Positions 56,616 to 64,000 of a DNA stretch of 64,000 bases are shown piece by piece. The stretch comes from Murinocardiopsis flavida. GTDB lineage: Bacteria > Actinomycetota > Actinomycetes > Streptosporangiales > Streptosporangiaceae. The notes under the pieces were generated by a model. That model was not told the origin of the DNA, did no database searches, and saw only the letters and a program-made list of their open reading frames with translations. A program made the translations under genes and the position numbers. The first letter of the stretch is position 1. Each line of letters begins with the position of its first letter. The stretch is taken from NCBI RefSeq assembly GCF_003014485.1, contig NZ_PYGA01000023.1, forward strand, positions 46,160 to 110,159, given 5' to 3'.

Positions 56616-58793
56616 TTGACAGAAGGCCGCACCGGCGCCGGAACGCCCGAGCCGCCCGGTCCTCGGAACGAGGTCACCGGCGACACCGGCGCCGTTGTGC
56701 AGACCGGATCCGTTCACGGCGATGTGCACATCACCTCGTCGGCCGCGTCCCCGGCAGCGGCCACACCCCGACAGCTCCCGCTGTCCGTCACCGGGTTCGT
56801 CAACCGGAGCGACGAGATCGCCCTGCTCGACGCGCTGATCTCCGACGAGGACGGCGCTGCCGCCGGTCAGGCAGGCGGCGCGGTCGTCATCTCCGCCATC
56901 GGCGGCACACCCGGAATCGGCAAGACCGCACTCGCCGTGCACTGGGCACACCGCGTCCGCTCCCGCTACGCCGACGGCGATCTCTACGTCAACCTGCACG
57001 GCCACGGCCCCGGGCCCCGGCTCGACACCGCCCAGGCACTCGGCTCACTGCTGCGCGCCCTCGGGGCCCCGCCCGACCAGATCCCCCTCGACCTCGACGG
57101 CCGGGCTGCGCTGTACCGGTCGCATCTCGCCCACAAGCGCATGCTCATCGTCATCGACGACGCCGTGTCCGCCGACCAGGTCCGCCCGCTGCTGCCCGCC
57201 GCACCCGGCTGCCTGGTCCTGGTCACCAGCCGCAGCACCCTGTCCGGCCTCGTGGCACGGGAGGGGGCGCGCCGGATGACCCTCGACGCGCTTTCGACCG
57301 GGGAAGCCCTCACGCTGTTCCGCGAAGTCGCCGGAGCGGAGCGCATCGACGCCGAGCCCGAAGCCGCACACACCCTCGTCGCCCACTGCGACCACCTCCC
57401 GTTGGCGCTGCGGATCCTGGCCGCCCGGATCATCGGCAGCCCCCATTCACCGTTGAGCGCCTTCGCCGCCGACCTCGCCACCGAGGACCGGCGGCTCGAC
57501 ATCCTCGGTACCGGCGACGACGAACTCAGCGACGTCCGAGCGGTATTCGCCGACTCCTACTCGGCGCTGCCGGCCGATGCCGCCCGCCTGTTCCGCCGCA
57601 TCGGCACGCACCCCGGCGGCGAGATCAGTGCGCACGCCTGTGCCGTGTCCATCGAATGCGCCGTAGCCGACGTGCGCCCCGTTCTCGGACGGCTCATCGG
57701 GGCGAGCCTCGTCCAGCAGGTGGGCCGCGACCGCTACCGGCTCCACGACCTCCTCCGGCTCTACGCCGTCGAGCGCTTCCACGCCGATGAACCCGCCGAC
57801 AGCCGGACGGTGGTGATCAGCCGCTTCGCCGCCTGGTACCTGCGGTCCGCGGGCAATGCCGTCCGGTGGGTACTGCCCAACTTCCCCCTTGCGGACGTCA
57901 CCGGACCGGTCCCGGAGCCGCCGACACCGCCACCGGCGTTCGAGTCGACCGATGCCGCACTCGCCTGGTTCGACCAGGAGCGGACCAACCTCGTCGGCAC
58001 CGCCCACACCGCGCGTGCCCTCCGCGCGGACGACCTCGCGTGGCGGATGGCGGTCACGGTCGCCCCCCTGCTGGACTTCCACAACCACAGGGACGAGTGG
58101 CGCGATATCGCCGAGTCCGGCCTGGCCGCCGCCCGCGCGATCGACCACCGGTACGGGGCGGCTCGCGCCCGCATCTCCCTCGCTGACTTCGAGAAGAATT
58201 CCGGCGACACCGACGCCGCCATCGCGCACTACGAGGCACTGATCGAGGCGGATGCCGACGACTGGATCACCGGTTTCGCACTCCGCACGCTGGGGTCCAT
58301 CCGGTGGAACCGGCACGACGGCGACGAAGCCCGCGCGCTGCTGCGGCGCTCGATCGACACCTTCCGCCGGTCCGGCGAACGGCGCGGCGAGGGTATGGCG
58401 CTGCTCAGCCTCGCCGAGTGCGAGCGCTCGACCGGCCGATTCTCGGCAGGGCTGAAGTACTGCGCCGCCGCGACCGCCATCTTCACCGAGACCACCGACA
58501 CCTGGACCATCGCGTGGTCCCGGTGCTTCACCGGCCGCACCCTCATCTCGGCGGGACGGCACACCGACGCCGTCGCGGAGTACACGACGGCGCTCCAGGT
58601 CTTCCGGGACCTCGGCGACAGCGAATCCGAGTCCATCGCCCTCGTCGGGCTGGGCGACGCCTACGCCGCTCTCGGGGACACCGAATCGGCCCGCTCCCAC
58701 CTCGGCGCGGCACTGGACCTCCGCACCGCCGCCGACGTCCCCGGCACCGAAGAGATCAAGGCAACCCTCGCCCGGATCCCCCGCCCCGCCTGA
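56616..58793 (+). CDS. STAND NTPase: NB-ARC domain + C-terminal TPR repeats, short N-terminal extension
   Basis: TTG start with an AAGGGA SD 7 nt upstream. P-loop GGTPGIGKTALAV, hhhhDD LIVIDDAVS, and TPR-like repeats at the C-terminus. No DNA-binding domain, unlike the SARP. Confidence 0.7.
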   Translation: MTEGRTGAGTPEPPGPRNEVTGDTGAVVQTGSVHGDVHITSSAASPAAATPRQLPLSVTGFVNRSDEIALLDALISDEDGAAAGQAGGAVVISAIGGTPGIGKTALAVHWAHRVRSRYADGDLYVNLHGHGPGPRLDTAQALGSLLRALGAPPDQIPLDLDGRAALYRSHLAHKRMLIVIDDAVSADQVRPLLPAAPGCLVLVTSRSTLSGLVAREGARRMTLDALSTGEALTLFREVAGAERIDAEPEAAHTLVAHCDHLPLALRILAARIIGSPHSPLSAFAADLATEDRRLDILGTGDDELSDVRAVFADSYSALPADAARLFRRIGTHPGGEISAHACAVSIECAVADVRPVLGRLIGASLVQQVGRDRYRLHDLLRLYAVERFHADEPADSRTVVISRFAAWYLRSAGNAVRWVLPNFPLADVTGPVPEPPTPPPAFESTDAALAWFDQERTNLVGTAHTARALRADDLAWRMAVTVAPLLDFHNHRDEWRDIAESGLAAARAIDHRYGAARARISLADFEKNSGDTDAAIAHYEALIEADADDWITGFALRTLGSIRWNRHDGDEARALLRRSIDTFRRSGERRGEGMALLSLAECERSTGRFSAGLKYCAAATAIFTETTDTWTIAWSRCFTGRTLISAGRHTDAVAEYTTALQVFRDLGDSESESIALVGLGDAYAALGDTESARSHLGAALDLRTAADVPGTEEIKATLARIPRPA

Positions 58794-58839
58794 CCCTCCT
58801 CCCCGCTCGGCGAAAAGTCCCGGACATCAGGTCCTATGC

Positions 58840-59037
58840 CTACTCCCGGCTGATGGCGATCGCGCGGCTGGGGCAGAGGCGGACGGCCTGCGCAACGGCC
58901 CCGTGCAGGTCCTTCGGGGGGTCCGGGAGGAGCACCGTGACCAGTCCGTCGTCGTCGGACTGGTCGAAGACCTCCGGCACGGTGAGTACGCACATTCCGG
59001 CGCTGATGCAGACGCTGGTGTCCGCGGTGATCCGCAT
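58840..59037 (-). CDS. ferredoxin (single-cluster, P450 redox partner)
   Basis: 65 aa with the Cys pattern CxxxxxC...CP. It starts 8 nt after the P450 stop. Confidence 0.75.
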   Translation of the reverse strand: MRITADTSVCISAGMCVLTVPEVFDQSDDDGLVTVLLPDPPKDLHGAVAQAVRLCPSRAIAISRE

Positions 59038-59044
59038 GATTCGC

Positions 59045-60253
59045 CTACCAGGTGACGGGGAGTTCGTGGACGCCGTACAGGAGGGTGCCGTGCTTGTAGG
59101 GCAGCTCGTCCGCCGACGCCGCGAGCCGCAGCGTGGGGATGCGCTCGAACAGGGAGGAGAACGCGATCTCCAGCTCCATCCGGGCGAGGTTCTGCCCGAT
59201 GCACTGGTGGACGCCGTAGCCGAAGGCGACGTGGTGCCGTTTGCCGCGGTGGACGTCGAACCGCTCGGGCTCGGGGAACGCCCCGGGGTCCCAGTCGGCC
59301 GCGGCCAGTAGGGCGATGACCCCGTCGCCCGCGCGGATCGCCGCACCGCCGAGTTCGGTGTCCTCGGCCGCGATCCGGGCGGTGACGAAGTCGGCGATGC
59401 TGAGGTAGCGCAGCAGCTCCTCGACGGTGCCCGGGAGCAGCTCGGGGTCGGACCGGAGCGCGGCGAGCTGGTCGGGGTGCTCCAGCAGCGCCATGGTGCC
59501 GAGCGAGATCATGTTCACGGTGGTCTCGTGCCCCGCGTTGAGCAGCATCAGGCACATCATCACCAGTTCGTCCCGGCCGAGCTCGCCGACGGGCTCCAGG
59601 TGATCGGTGACCAGCCTGCTCATCAGGTCGTCGCCGGGGTCCTGCTGCTTTCGGGTGATCAGCCCGTCCATGTAGGCGCGGAGCTCGCCCAACGCGGTCG
59701 CGAACTGCTCCGCTGTGCTCGCCCGTGTCAGGGCGGCCCTGCTCCTGCTCTGGAAGAACTCGTGGTCGTCGTAGGGCACACCGAGCAGCTCGCAGATCAC
59801 CAGTGACGGGACGGGGAGTGCGAACGCCTCGACCAGGTCCACCGGCCGGGGCCCGGCGAGCAGGTCGTCCAGCAGCCGGTCCACAGCGGCCTGGATGGCG
59901 GGCCGCATCGTCTTGATGCGCTTGTGGGTGAACTCCTGGATGATCATGCGCCGGTAGAAGCCGTGCTGCGGCGGGTCCATCCGGATGAAGGGCGGGCGCT
60001 CCAGGATCTGCGCCTGCCCCGGGAGGATCCTGGGAAAGCCGGGGCGGGTGCCGTCGGCACTGAACGCCGGGCTGCTCAGCACGGTCCGGACGTCTTCGTA
60101 CCGGGTCACCAGCCAGGCGCTGCCACCGAGGGCCATCGGCACCTTGGCGACGGGTTCCCCGGCACGCAGCCGGTCGTACTCCGGCGGCGGTGCGAACGGG
60201 CACTGCCGCTGGAAGGGGAAGGTCATGGATTCGGGAGACGTGGTCGGGGGCAT
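59045..60253 (-). CDS. cytochrome P450
   Basis: I-helix AGHETT, the EXXR motif, and the heme loop FGYGVHQCIG. Confidence 0.9.
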   Translation of the reverse strand: MPPTTSPESMTFPFQRQCPFAPPPEYDRLRAGEPVAKVPMALGGSAWLVTRYEDVRTVLSSPAFSADGTRPGFPRILPGQAQILERPPFIRMDPPQHGFYRRMIIQEFTHKRIKTMRPAIQAAVDRLLDDLLAGPRPVDLVEAFALPVPSLVICELLGVPYDDHEFFQSRSRAALTRASTAEQFATALGELRAYMDGLITRKQQDPGDDLMSRLVTDHLEPVGELGRDELVMMCLMLLNAGHETTVNMISLGTMALLEHPDQLAALRSDPELLPGTVEELLRYLSIADFVTARIAAEDTELGGAAIRAGDGVIALLAAADWDPGAFPEPERFDVHRGKRHHVAFGYGVHQCIGQNLARMELEIAFSSLFERIPTLRLAASADELPYKHGTLLYGVHELPVTW

Positions 60254-60357
60254 CGGACACTCCTTCGCAAGTGGAGGGAAATCCTTCGCTTTTCTTGTGC
60301 GGGTAAGCTAGCACAATCGAAGGGGTTCCCTCCACATCTTGAGGAGACAGGTTCCGG

Positions 60358-61020
60358 TTGACCGAGAACACGGCGCAGCTGCGGGCGGACGCCCGCCGCA
60401 ACCGCGAGCAGATCATCAGCACGGCCCGCGAGGTCTTCCTAGAGCAGGGCACCCACGCGTCGCTGGAGGAGATCGCCCGGCGCGCCGGCGTCGGCATCGC
60501 CACCCTCTACCGGCGGTTCCCCGACCGCCACACGCTCGTCCGGCAGGTCGCCCTGGAGAACATGGCCCTGGTCCGCGCGGAGATGGACCGCGCCACCGCC
60601 GAGCACCCCGACGCCTGGGGCGCGCTGGCGCAGCTCATCCGCCGCATGGTGGACCTGCGGCTCGGTGTCTTCATGCCGGTGCTCGCGCAGAGCCTGGAGG
60701 GCGACCTGCGCGGCGAGGGGGGCACGCTGAAGGTGCGGCGCAACGAGCTCTTGGAGCGGATGGGCGCGCTCATCCGCGCCGCCCAGCAGGACGGGCAGCT
60801 GCGCGAGGGCGTCACCCCCATCGACATCATGCTCGGCACCATCAAGCTGTCCCGCCCGCTGCCCGTCATCGGTGCCGAGCTGAACGAGCTGCTGATCGCC
60901 CAGCAACTGGAGCTGTTCCTCGGCGGCCTGCACGCGGTGGCGCTGGACGCGGCCGAGCCGCTGGACCGGCAGCGGCTCACGCTCGACGACCTGGACCGCT
61001 ATCTCAAGGCGGCGGAGTAG
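60358..61020 (+). CDS. TetR/AcrR family transcriptional regulator
   Basis: TTG start with a GAGGAGA SD. HTH LEEIARRAGVGIATLYRRF. Divergent from the P450. Confidence 0.85.
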   Translation: MTENTAQLRADARRNREQIISTAREVFLEQGTHASLEEIARRAGVGIATLYRRFPDRHTLVRQVALENMALVRAEMDRATAEHPDAWGALAQLIRRMVDLRLGVFMPVLAQSLEGDLRGEGGTLKVRRNELLERMGALIRAAQQDGQLREGVTPIDIMLGTIKLSRPLPVIGAELNELLIAQQLELFLGGLHAVALDAAEPLDRQRLTLDDLDRYLKAAE

Positions 61021-61144
61021 CCGGCGCCGTTCCGCGGCGATGCCGCCGTGGGCGCCCGACACGGTGGTGCCGGACCGTTCGTACGGTGCGACCAGCCCTT
61101 TTGACGACTTGCCACCCGTTGTCCCGGTCCGGTATGAAACGTGC

Positions 61145-61681
61145 ATGCTAAAGGGCGCAAAGGTCGGGCTCAGGGCCCGCTACGAGGACGACATCGAGGT
61201 TCTGCGGACCGAGCTCTACGACGACGTGGTCAACGGTTCGCGGGCCGAGGGACGGCCGTGGCGACCCATGACACCGGATTCGAAGGACCCGCGGCTCGTT
61301 GTGGACGACAAGGCGCAGGGGCTCGTCCAGTTCTCCGCGGTGGAGCTGGACGGCGAGACGCTGATCGGCATGGCGACCCTGTACGACATCGACACCCACC
61401 ACCGGTCCGCGCACATCGGGCTGGGGCTGCTGCCGTCCTGCCGCGGCATGGGCTACGGCACCGACGTGGTCGCGGTGCTGACCCACTACGGTTTCGTCGT
61501 GCGCGGCCTGCACCGGCTCCAGATCGAGACGCTCGCCGACAACGCCGCGATGCTGCGCGCCGCCGAACGCAACGGCTTCGTCCGCGAGGGCGTACTGCGC
61601 TCCTCGTCGTGGGTGATGGGCGAGTTCCTGGACGAGGTGGTCCTCGGCCTCCTCGCCGAGGACTGGAACCCGAACCACTGA
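61145..61681 (+). CDS. GNAT family N-acetyltransferase
   Basis: The acetyl-CoA-binding motif is CRGMGYG within RimJ/RimL-like architecture. Confidence 0.8.
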   Translation: MLKGAKVGLRARYEDDIEVLRTELYDDVVNGSRAEGRPWRPMTPDSKDPRLVVDDKAQGLVQFSAVELDGETLIGMATLYDIDTHHRSAHIGLGLLPSCRGMGYGTDVVAVLTHYGFVVRGLHRLQIETLADNAAMLRAAERNGFVREGVLRSSSWVMGEFLDEVVLGLLAEDWNPNH

Positions 61682-61746
61682 ACCGCCGGTACCGTTGAAC
61701 GTCCGCGACCGAGTCGAGAAACTCAAGGATTTTTTGAGGCGGTCGA

Positions 61747-61944
61747 CTACAGGTCACCCGACCGAACACCGCGTAGCAGCGCCGTCCACTCCGCCGAGGA
61801 GACCAACAGGTGCCCGGAATCCCGGTTCTGCGTATCGCGGACATCAATCTCTTGCGATGGGAGCGACCGAACCTCAACACAGTTTGTGTCGCCACCCTGC
61901 GAGTAGCTTGACTTCTGCCAGTTACTTGTAATCATCGAAGTCAC
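61747..61944 (-). CDS. DUF397 domain protein
   Basis: WQKSSYSQGGDTNCVEV...DTQNRDSGHLLVSSAEWTALLRGV is the classic DUF397 signature. It overlaps the upstream XRE gene by 23 nt. Confidence 0.8.
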   Translation of the reverse strand: MTSMITSNWQKSSYSQGGDTNCVEVRSLPSQEIDVRDTQNRDSGHLLVSSAEWTALLRGVRSGDL

Positions 61945-62731
61945 TCCTAGCTTTCTTCATCAGCTCACGCGAGGCATCGGGAGGCAACGCCAAGCCACGT
62001 AGGTCCGAGAACAATCCAGTGAACCTCTCCACGGACTCCGCATCGCTCAGCGGAAATCCTGAAGCAGAAGTTTCGAGGTAGACCACGTGGCCCAAGTCGG
62101 GAACGTCAATTATCTGAAATCCACCATCTAGCCCCGGATGAAACCCGTGGTTAGCAGTGATTATTTGGATAGTGACGCGTTGCTTATTCGAGAGAGCGAT
62201 TAGCTGGTCAACTTGAGCAGCCATTGTCTCATGCCCTCCAAACGGACGACGCACAACCTCCTCGTTGAGGACAACCATGAGCTTTGGGGGACGGTCAGTT
62301 TTTAGTATGGACTGGCGTTCGATCCGCGTGCCCACCAGGTCACCGATCTCAGCATCCGTCGCATCCTCGTTGCCGAGTCGGAGTTGAGTCCGCGCGTAGT
62401 CGGGCGCCTGCAACAATCCCGGCACCAGCAGCGGTTGGAAGATCCTCAAGGCCGATGCGTCGCGCTGTAGCTGTGCCACGCCTTCAAACCACTCAGGTAC
62501 ACCCGAGGACGTGTTCAGACTCTCCCACGCACGGAGCAACGCTCCCTGAGCGGTAAGGGCTTGGTCAAGCAGGACGATAGTGGACCGTTTGGTCGCTTTG
62601 GTCCCCCGTTCCAGATCACTAAGCATCGTCTGCGAAAGCAGCGCCGCAGAGGCGGTTTCCGTCTGCGTAAGCCCAGCCTGCTCACGTAGACGACGGAGGT
62701 CCAGGCCGAAGCGACGTCGTGCGTGCTTCAT
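61922..62731 (-). CDS. XRE-family HTH regulator with DUF5753 C-domain (WhiJ-like)
   Basis: The N-terminal HTH is FGLDLRRLREQAGLTQTETASAALLSQTMLSDLERG. GC content is lower here. Alternative start 62743. Confidence 0.8.
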   Translation of the reverse strand: MKHARRRFGLDLRRLREQAGLTQTETASAALLSQTMLSDLERGTKATKRSTIVLLDQALTAQGALLRAWESLNTSSGVPEWFEGVAQLQRDASALRIFQPLLVPGLLQAPDYARTQLRLGNEDATDAEIGDLVGTRIERQSILKTDRPPKLMVVLNEEVVRRPFGGHETMAAQVDQLIALSNKQRVTIQIITANHGFHPGLDGGFQIIDVPDLGHVVYLETSASGFPLSDAESVERFTGLFSDLRGLALPPDASRELMKKARSDFDDYK

Positions 62732-63085
62732 GTTCACCACCATGAGACAGCTTTTTACCACCAGAGTACCGCCACTTATCGCAGTTACCAATCTATTTTC
62801 TCTGTCTGGCGGTAGCTATGGGCAGTGGTACGCAGGTGATGGCACGGTGAGCTCAGGGCATAGTTCTAGACGATCCAGATCGGAGTGGGACAGCCCGAGG
62901 CAGCGCAGAAGTACGGCCCTGCTCGGTGTTGCACGCACCGGGCAGGGCCTTGCTCCCCACCCTGAACCAGACCAGGAATGAGGAACCATGAAGAACGCTA
63001 CCGGCCACCGCCGTCCGCCCCCGCGACACGGTGCGGCGTCGCGGATCCGCCCCTACGTGATCCGGCGGACCGGGGTGATCGCGCG

Positions 63086-63541
63086 ATGACCGCCGTCCTG
63101 GACCGGGCGTGCACCTGGCTGCCCGGGGCCGAGAGCAGCATCCGCACCGCCCGCGGCTGGGCCGCCGCCACCCTCGCCGCGGTCACCCCGCCCCTGCCGG
63201 CCCCGGTCATCGACGACGCGGTCCTGATCATCAGCGAGTTGGCCACCAACGCGGTCCGCCACACCCGCAGCGGGCGCGGCGGGACCTACGCCCTCACCCT
63301 GGAAACCGACCCCGACCACGTCCGCATCTGGGTGATGGACGAAGGAGCCGCCGCGATCCCCTTCCCCCGCTGCGCCGACCGCGACCACGATGAGGAAGGC
63401 GGCCGAGGGCTGGCCATCATCCAGGCATGCGCCGACGAGAGCGGCCCCGTCGTCACCGCGACCGCCACGGGCTACACGGCCGCCATCCACCTCACGACAC
63501 CCGGGACCCGTTCGGGCGGAGGACGGTCGTGTCGGCGCTGA
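63086..63541 (+). CDS. ATP-binding protein, HATPase_c anti-sigma-factor-like (WhiJ-locus partner)
   Basis: DDAVLIISELATNAVRH...GGRGLAII is the GHKL N/G-box pattern. An in-frame upstream ATG at 62978 is also possible. Confidence 0.65.
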   Translation: MTAVLDRACTWLPGAESSIRTARGWAAATLAAVTPPLPAPVIDDAVLIISELATNAVRHTRSGRGGTYALTLETDPDHVRIWVMDEGAAAIPFPRCADRDHDEEGGRGLAIIQACADESGPVVTATATGYTAAIHLTTPGTRSGGGRSCRR

Positions 63542-63819
63542 CCCGGGCCCGGCTCTCGCGGGAGTGGGGCCATGCGTGGCTGATCACCGGCCCCCACCCG
63601 GGACGGATGTACACCGCGACCCGGCTGCGCCCCCGCACCGGCGGCCCGAACACCGTCACCGTCCATACCTTGCGCGGGCTGCGCACCCGCCTGGAGCAGA
63701 TCGACACCGACGAACGCGACGCCGTCCTGCCCCGGCTGCGCCCAGCACTGCCCCGGCGCGACCGCACGAAGCGCTACTTCCGCATGCCGCCACCCCCAGC
63801 CGAGCGCACGACCGGCTGA
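63529..63819 (+). CDS. hypothetical small protein (97 aa)
   Basis: GTG start overlapping the end of the ATP-binding gene. Composition is plausible but no motifs were found. Confidence 0.2.
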   Translation: MSALTRARLSREWGHAWLITGPHPGRMYTATRLRPRTGGPNTVTVHTLRGLRTRLEQIDTDERDAVLPRLRPALPRRDRTKRYFRMPPPPAERTTG

Positions 63820-64000
63820 CCGCAGACCACGCCCGGCCCTGCCACCGGCGGACCCCGGCCGGACACCCCGGCTGACCGCAGACCGCGCCCGGCCCCGCCT
63901 CCACCCCTCCCACGCGGGGCCGGGCGCCCACACCCGTACCAACCACGCCCCGACCACCCACAGGTCCGGGCGCCCCCACCCCTGACCACGCCCGCCTCCA

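Noticed and set aside
1-64000. search for tRNA/rRNA/CRISPR/IS elements/integrases
   Set aside because: I found no cloverleaf-like conserved tRNA boxes, rRNA signatures, terminal inverted repeats with a transposase ORF, or integrase motifs. The window looks like core chromosome.

Overview
This is 64 kb of very high-GC (about 70% or more), coding-dense DNA typical of a mycelial actinomycete. The Streptomyces-/Nocardiopsis-like hallmarks are an AfsR-type SARP regulator, a WhiJ-like XRE-DUF397-ATPase triad, an LCP protein, an LPXTG protein, Tat and lipoprotein signals, and a halophile-type glycine-methylation betaine synthase. I call about 50 CDSs and found no rRNA, tRNA, CRISPR, transposase or integrase. 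Translational coupling through ATGA/GTGA start-stop overlaps is frequent.

Gene content in order:
- A PucR-regulated amidohydrolase/SDR/deacetylase operon with a divergent M20 peptidase.
- A YtrA-type GntR, polytopic membrane protein and CPBP protease module.
- A conserved but functionally uncharacterised five-gene cluster: SWIM zinc-finger protein, DUF5691, MoxR-class AAA+ ATPase, DUF5682 and VWA protein. This is the best candidate for an undescribed system.
- A cyclophilin lipoprotein, an SDR, a TIM-barrel hydrolase-like protein, AIM24, an Lrp/LysE pair and a Tat esterase.
- A large SARP regulator with 11-bp tandem repeats upstream.
- An OmpR-type two-component system divergent from a lipoprotein, periplasmic adaptor and MacB-like ABC operon. 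The shared promoter carries symmetric hexamer repeats.
- An orphan 540-aa protein with a Flp-prepilin-type signal and a Lys/Asp/Gly-rich low-complexity body.
- A fused glycine/sarcosine/dimethylglycine methyltransferase for betaine synthesis.
- An LCP protein, then an NfeD-flotillin pair followed by a 1715-aa protein with a C-terminal AAA+ domain.
- A type II toxin-antitoxin pair whose toxin is disrupted by a perfect 13-bp tandem duplication.
- A membrane protein plus an LPXTG (Asp-Pro-Pro)n protein, a class A PBP and a TagF-like glycerophosphotransferase.
- A STAND (NB-ARC+TPR) NTPase preceded by three tiny coupled ORFs.
- A P450-ferredoxin-TetR unit, a GNAT and a WhiJ-like triad.
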